A DNA stretch of 26,511 nucleotides, taken from IMG/VR virus record IMGVR_UViG_3300032318_002408, positions 1 to 26,511 of that record; one strand, written 5' to 3'. Positions 23,754-26,511 of the stretch are shown here, piece after piece (the stretch's first letter is position 1; every line of letters starts with the position of its first letter). The translations under genes were made by a program, and so were the position numbers. Below the pieces are notes generated by a model that saw nothing but the letters and a program-made list of their open reading frames with translations, ran no database searches and was not told the DNA's origin. This DNA comes from a virus. Taxonomy: Duplodnaviria; Caudoviricetes.

Positions 23754-23780
23754 AACCACCAAGAAATTGGTGGTTTTGTT
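23754..23780 (+). terminator. Rho-independent terminator
   Basis: AACCACCAA-GAAA-TTGGTGGTT hairpin followed by TTGTT. Confidence 0.8.
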
Positions 23781-23785
23781 GTATG

Positions 23786-23792
23786 ATAAATA
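23786..23792 (+). promoter_or_regulatory. Late promoter for the large virion protein
   Basis: ATAAATA just after the terminator and 30 nt before ATG 23823. Confidence 0.6.
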
Positions 23793-23822
23793 ATCCATAA
23801 CGGAACCATAAGAATTAGTAAA

Positions 23823-26511
23823 ATGGGATTAAGTCGTCTTGATAATTTTCTTAAATCAGTTCGTGGCACAATTCTATACGTTGATCCTAACAGTTTGGAT
23901 TCAACTGATAGTATTGAAAACCAAGGAAATTCATTAACCCGTCCCTTTAAGACGATTCAAAGGGCACTTTTAGAAGTATCAAGATTTTCTTATCAAGGTG
24001 GTTTAAATAACGATAGATTTAATAAAACAACAATTCTTTTATATCCTGGTGATCACATTGTAGATAACCGTCCTGGATATATTCCAACAGATACAGCAGG
24101 ACAATATTTTAAAAGAAGTGGTCAAGTAGTTCAAGATTTTTCACCATTTAATCTGACAACAAACTTTGATTTAACTGTAGAAAATAATTCTCTTTATAAA
24201 CTGAATAGTATTTACGGTGGAGTTATTATTCCTCGTGGTACTTCTATTGTTGGTATGGATCTTCGCAAGACAAAGATTCGTCCAACCTATGTTCCAAATC
24301 CAGAAAATTCTCAGATTGAAAGATCTTGCGTATTTCGTGTAACTGGAGCTTGTTACTTATGGCAATTTACAATTCTTGATGCAAATCCAAATGAAATTTG
24401 CTATAAAGATTATACCTCAAACCAATTTGTACCTAACTTCTCGCACCATAAATTAGCAGGTTTTGAATATGCTGATGGCGTAAATGATGTTTCAATTGCT
24501 GACGATTTCATAACATTTCTTCCAGATGGTCGTACTGATCTGGATATGTACTACCAAAAAGTTGGTATTGCTTATGGACAAGGATCTGGAAGAGCAATTG
24601 AACCAGATTTTCCATATTCTGTAATTGATATTCAACCAGTTATTGATGAGTACCGTATTGTTGGTTCGAGAGGAACTGAAATAGGAATTAGTAGTATTAA
24701 ATCTGGTAATGGTGTAACTGGTACAAAAATAATCACTGTAGATTTTTCTGAAGCAACAGATCAATTTAACGTTGATACTCCAATTCAAATCAATGGAGTT
24801 GGTGCAGCTGGTTATGATGGAACATATGTTGTTGGTAGCGTTTTAAGTTCTACTCAAATTCAATATCAGGTTCAAAACATTCCACTAAATCCACTTCCAG
24901 GTGTTACAGGAGCAAAAATTAATATTGAAGTAGATACAGTTACTTCTGCATCTCCATATATCTTTAATGTTTCATTAAGATCTGTTTATGGTATGTGTGG
25001 TTTGCTTGCTGATGGAAATAAGGCAGCAGGATTTAAGAGTATGGTTGTTGCGCAATACACTGGTATTGGATTGCAAAAAGATGATAATGCATTTGTAAAA
25101 TATGATATTGGTTCTGGAACTTACCTTGATTCTGCATCTGTTTCAAATATTCATAGTGATTCAAGAGCAAGATTTAAACCTTCATATGAGAACTTCCATA
25201 TTAAGGCAACCAATAATGCATATTTACAGTTAGTATCTGTCTTTGCAATTGGATTTGCAGAACATTTTTCTGTTGAGTCTGGTGGAGATTTCTCTATCAA
25301 TAACTCCAACTCTAACTTTGGTGCAAAAGCATTATCAGCATCAGGATTTAGACCCGAAGCATTTCCAAGAGATGATATTGGTTACTTTACTCATATCATT
25401 CCACCAAAAGAAATAGAAAATGAAGAAATAGTTGTTGATTATCTTTCGCTGGATGTTTCTACAATAGTATCTGCAGCAACAACCAGTAGACTTTATCTTT
25501 ATAATGAAACAAATTTAAATAATCCTCCCGAAGAAATTGTTGATGGGTATAGAATTGGTGCAAAAAATAATGATAGACTTTATCTTCAAATTTCTGAAAA
25601 TAATGCAACAACAGAATATTCTGCTCGTATTGTTATTCCTAATAATGGGATTGTTTTAGATCAAAATTCATCAGAAAAAACTTTCACAGTAGGTAGAAGT
25701 GTTGCTGGTATTAATAGTATTAGTGGAAATATTCTTTCCTTAACTTCTTCGCATTCATTCTTGAATGGTGAATCAATTCGCATCATCAGCGAAACTGGCA
25801 ATCTTCCTGATGGTGTCGATAACAATCAAGTTTATTATGCCATTACATCAGGTATTGGTTCAGATAAGATTAAAATTGCACAAACACTGAATGACGCAAT
25901 TAATAACAACGCATTTACATTAAATTCAAATGGTGGAGTTTTAAGCATTGTAAGTAGGGTTAGTGATAAAAATAGTGGAGATATTGGGCATCCTATTCAA
26001 TATGATATCGCACAAAGTAATTGGTATGTTAATGTTGCGACTGACAATACAATTTGTCCTAAAATTTTAAGTCTTGGTACTGCAGGACTTGGAAATGCAA
26101 CAACAAGAACTTACATTAAAAGAAATCCAATTACAAGAAATTTGGCGGATTCTGTTTATAGAATTCGTTACGTTATTCCAAAAGATTCTCCAACAACTGC
26201 AAGACCACCTTTAGAGGGTTACGTCATTCAGGAATCTAATAATACAATCGGTACAGGAACAACTGAAATTGCTAAGTACTTTAGCCAAACAACTGCAACA
26301 TTAACAAATTCCAACCAATTAAGAAATCCAAGATTTATTGCAAATGCAAACTGGTCTGGTGGGACTGCAAATATTATTACTGAACTTCCTCACGATCTAA
26401 CAGTTGGAGCACAAGTCGAAGTTTTAAATATCACTAGTACTAACAATACTACAGGAATAAAAAACTATGGGTACAACGGTACATTCTCTGTCGCTGGAAT
26501 TAGCAGTTCTA
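23823..26511 (+). CDS. Very large virion structural (fibre/baseplate-associated) protein, 5' part; runs off the window
   Basis: MGLSRLDNFLKSVRGTILYVDPN..DS..NQGNSLTRPFKTIQRAL start and beta-helix-like SPYIFNVSLRSVYGMCG. Absence from the ORF track is consistent with no stop before the window end. Confidence 0.8.
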   Translation, partial: MGLSRLDNFLKSVRGTILYVDPNSLDSTDSIENQGNSLTRPFKTIQRALLEVSRFSYQGGLNNDRFNKTTILLYPGDHIVDNRPGYIPTDTAGQYFKRSGQVVQDFSPFNLTTNFDLTVENNSLYKLNSIYGGVIIPRGTSIVGMDLRKTKIRPTYVPNPENSQIERSCVFRVTGACYLWQFTILDANPNEICYKDYTSNQFVPNFSHHKLAGFEYADGVNDVSIADDFITFLPDGRTDLDMYYQKVGIAYGQGSGRAIEPDFPYSVIDIQPVIDEYRIVGSRGTEIGISSIKSGNGVTGTKIITVDFSEATDQFNVDTPIQINGVGAAGYDGTYVVGSVLSSTQIQYQVQNIPLNPLPGVTGAKINIEVDTVTSASPYIFNVSLRSVYGMCGLLADGNKAAGFKSMVVAQYTGIGLQKDDNAFVKYDIGSGTYLDSASVSNIHSDSRARFKPSYENFHIKATNNAYLQLVSVFAIGFAEHFSVESGGDFSINNSNSNFGAKALSASGFRPEAFPRDDIGYFTHIIPPKEIENEEIVVDYLSLDVSTIVSAATTSRLYLYNETNLNNPPEEIVDGYRIGAKNNDRLYLQISENNATTEYSARIVIPNNGIVLDQNSSEKTFTVGRSVAGINSISGNILSLTSSHSFLNGESIRIISETGNLPDGVDNNQVYYAITSGIGSDKIKIAQTLNDAINNNAFTLNSNGGVLSIVSRVSDKNSGDIGHPIQYDIAQSNWYVNVATDNTICPKILSLGTAGLGNATTRTYIKRNPITRNLADSVYRIRYVIPKDSPTTARPPLEGYVIQESNNTIGTGTTEIAKYFSQTTATLTNSNQLRNPRFIANANWSGGTANIITELPHDLTVGAQVEVLNITSTNNTTGIKNYGYNGTFSVAGISSS

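Noticed and set aside
24492-24788. 98-aa minus-strand ORF
   Set aside because: Lies antisense within the long plus-strand ORF starting at 23823.

Overview
AT-rich segment of a T4-like myovirus. CP12 and a DUF1825-like gene point to a cyanophage. Gene order: replication/late-transcription genes (exonuclease 3' end, gp33, gp59, DUF1825-like, gp32); a minus-strand block (gp53, gp48, a 20-aa micro-ORF, gp2-like, gp4); a plus-strand tail/baseplate-hub block (gp54-like, gp26, small gp51-like, two tape-measure-like proteins, gp27-like, CP12, gp5-like, two spike-associated paralogues); an accessory island behind consensus sigma70 promoters (small ORFs, tRNA-Leu(UAA) split by a 199-nt group I intron, a free-standing HNH endonuclease, tRNA-Thr(UGU), a Mom-like DNA-modification enzyme); and the start of a very large virion protein running off the end. 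The main leads are (1) the ORF-less group I intron in a short-variable-arm phage tRNA-Leu next to a late-promoter-driven HNH nuclease, a candidate collaborative-homing unit, and (2) a -1 frameshift signature that would fuse gp26 to the gp51-like ORF just upstream of the tape-measure-like genes. All family assignments come from recalled motifs and synteny; no database searches were run.
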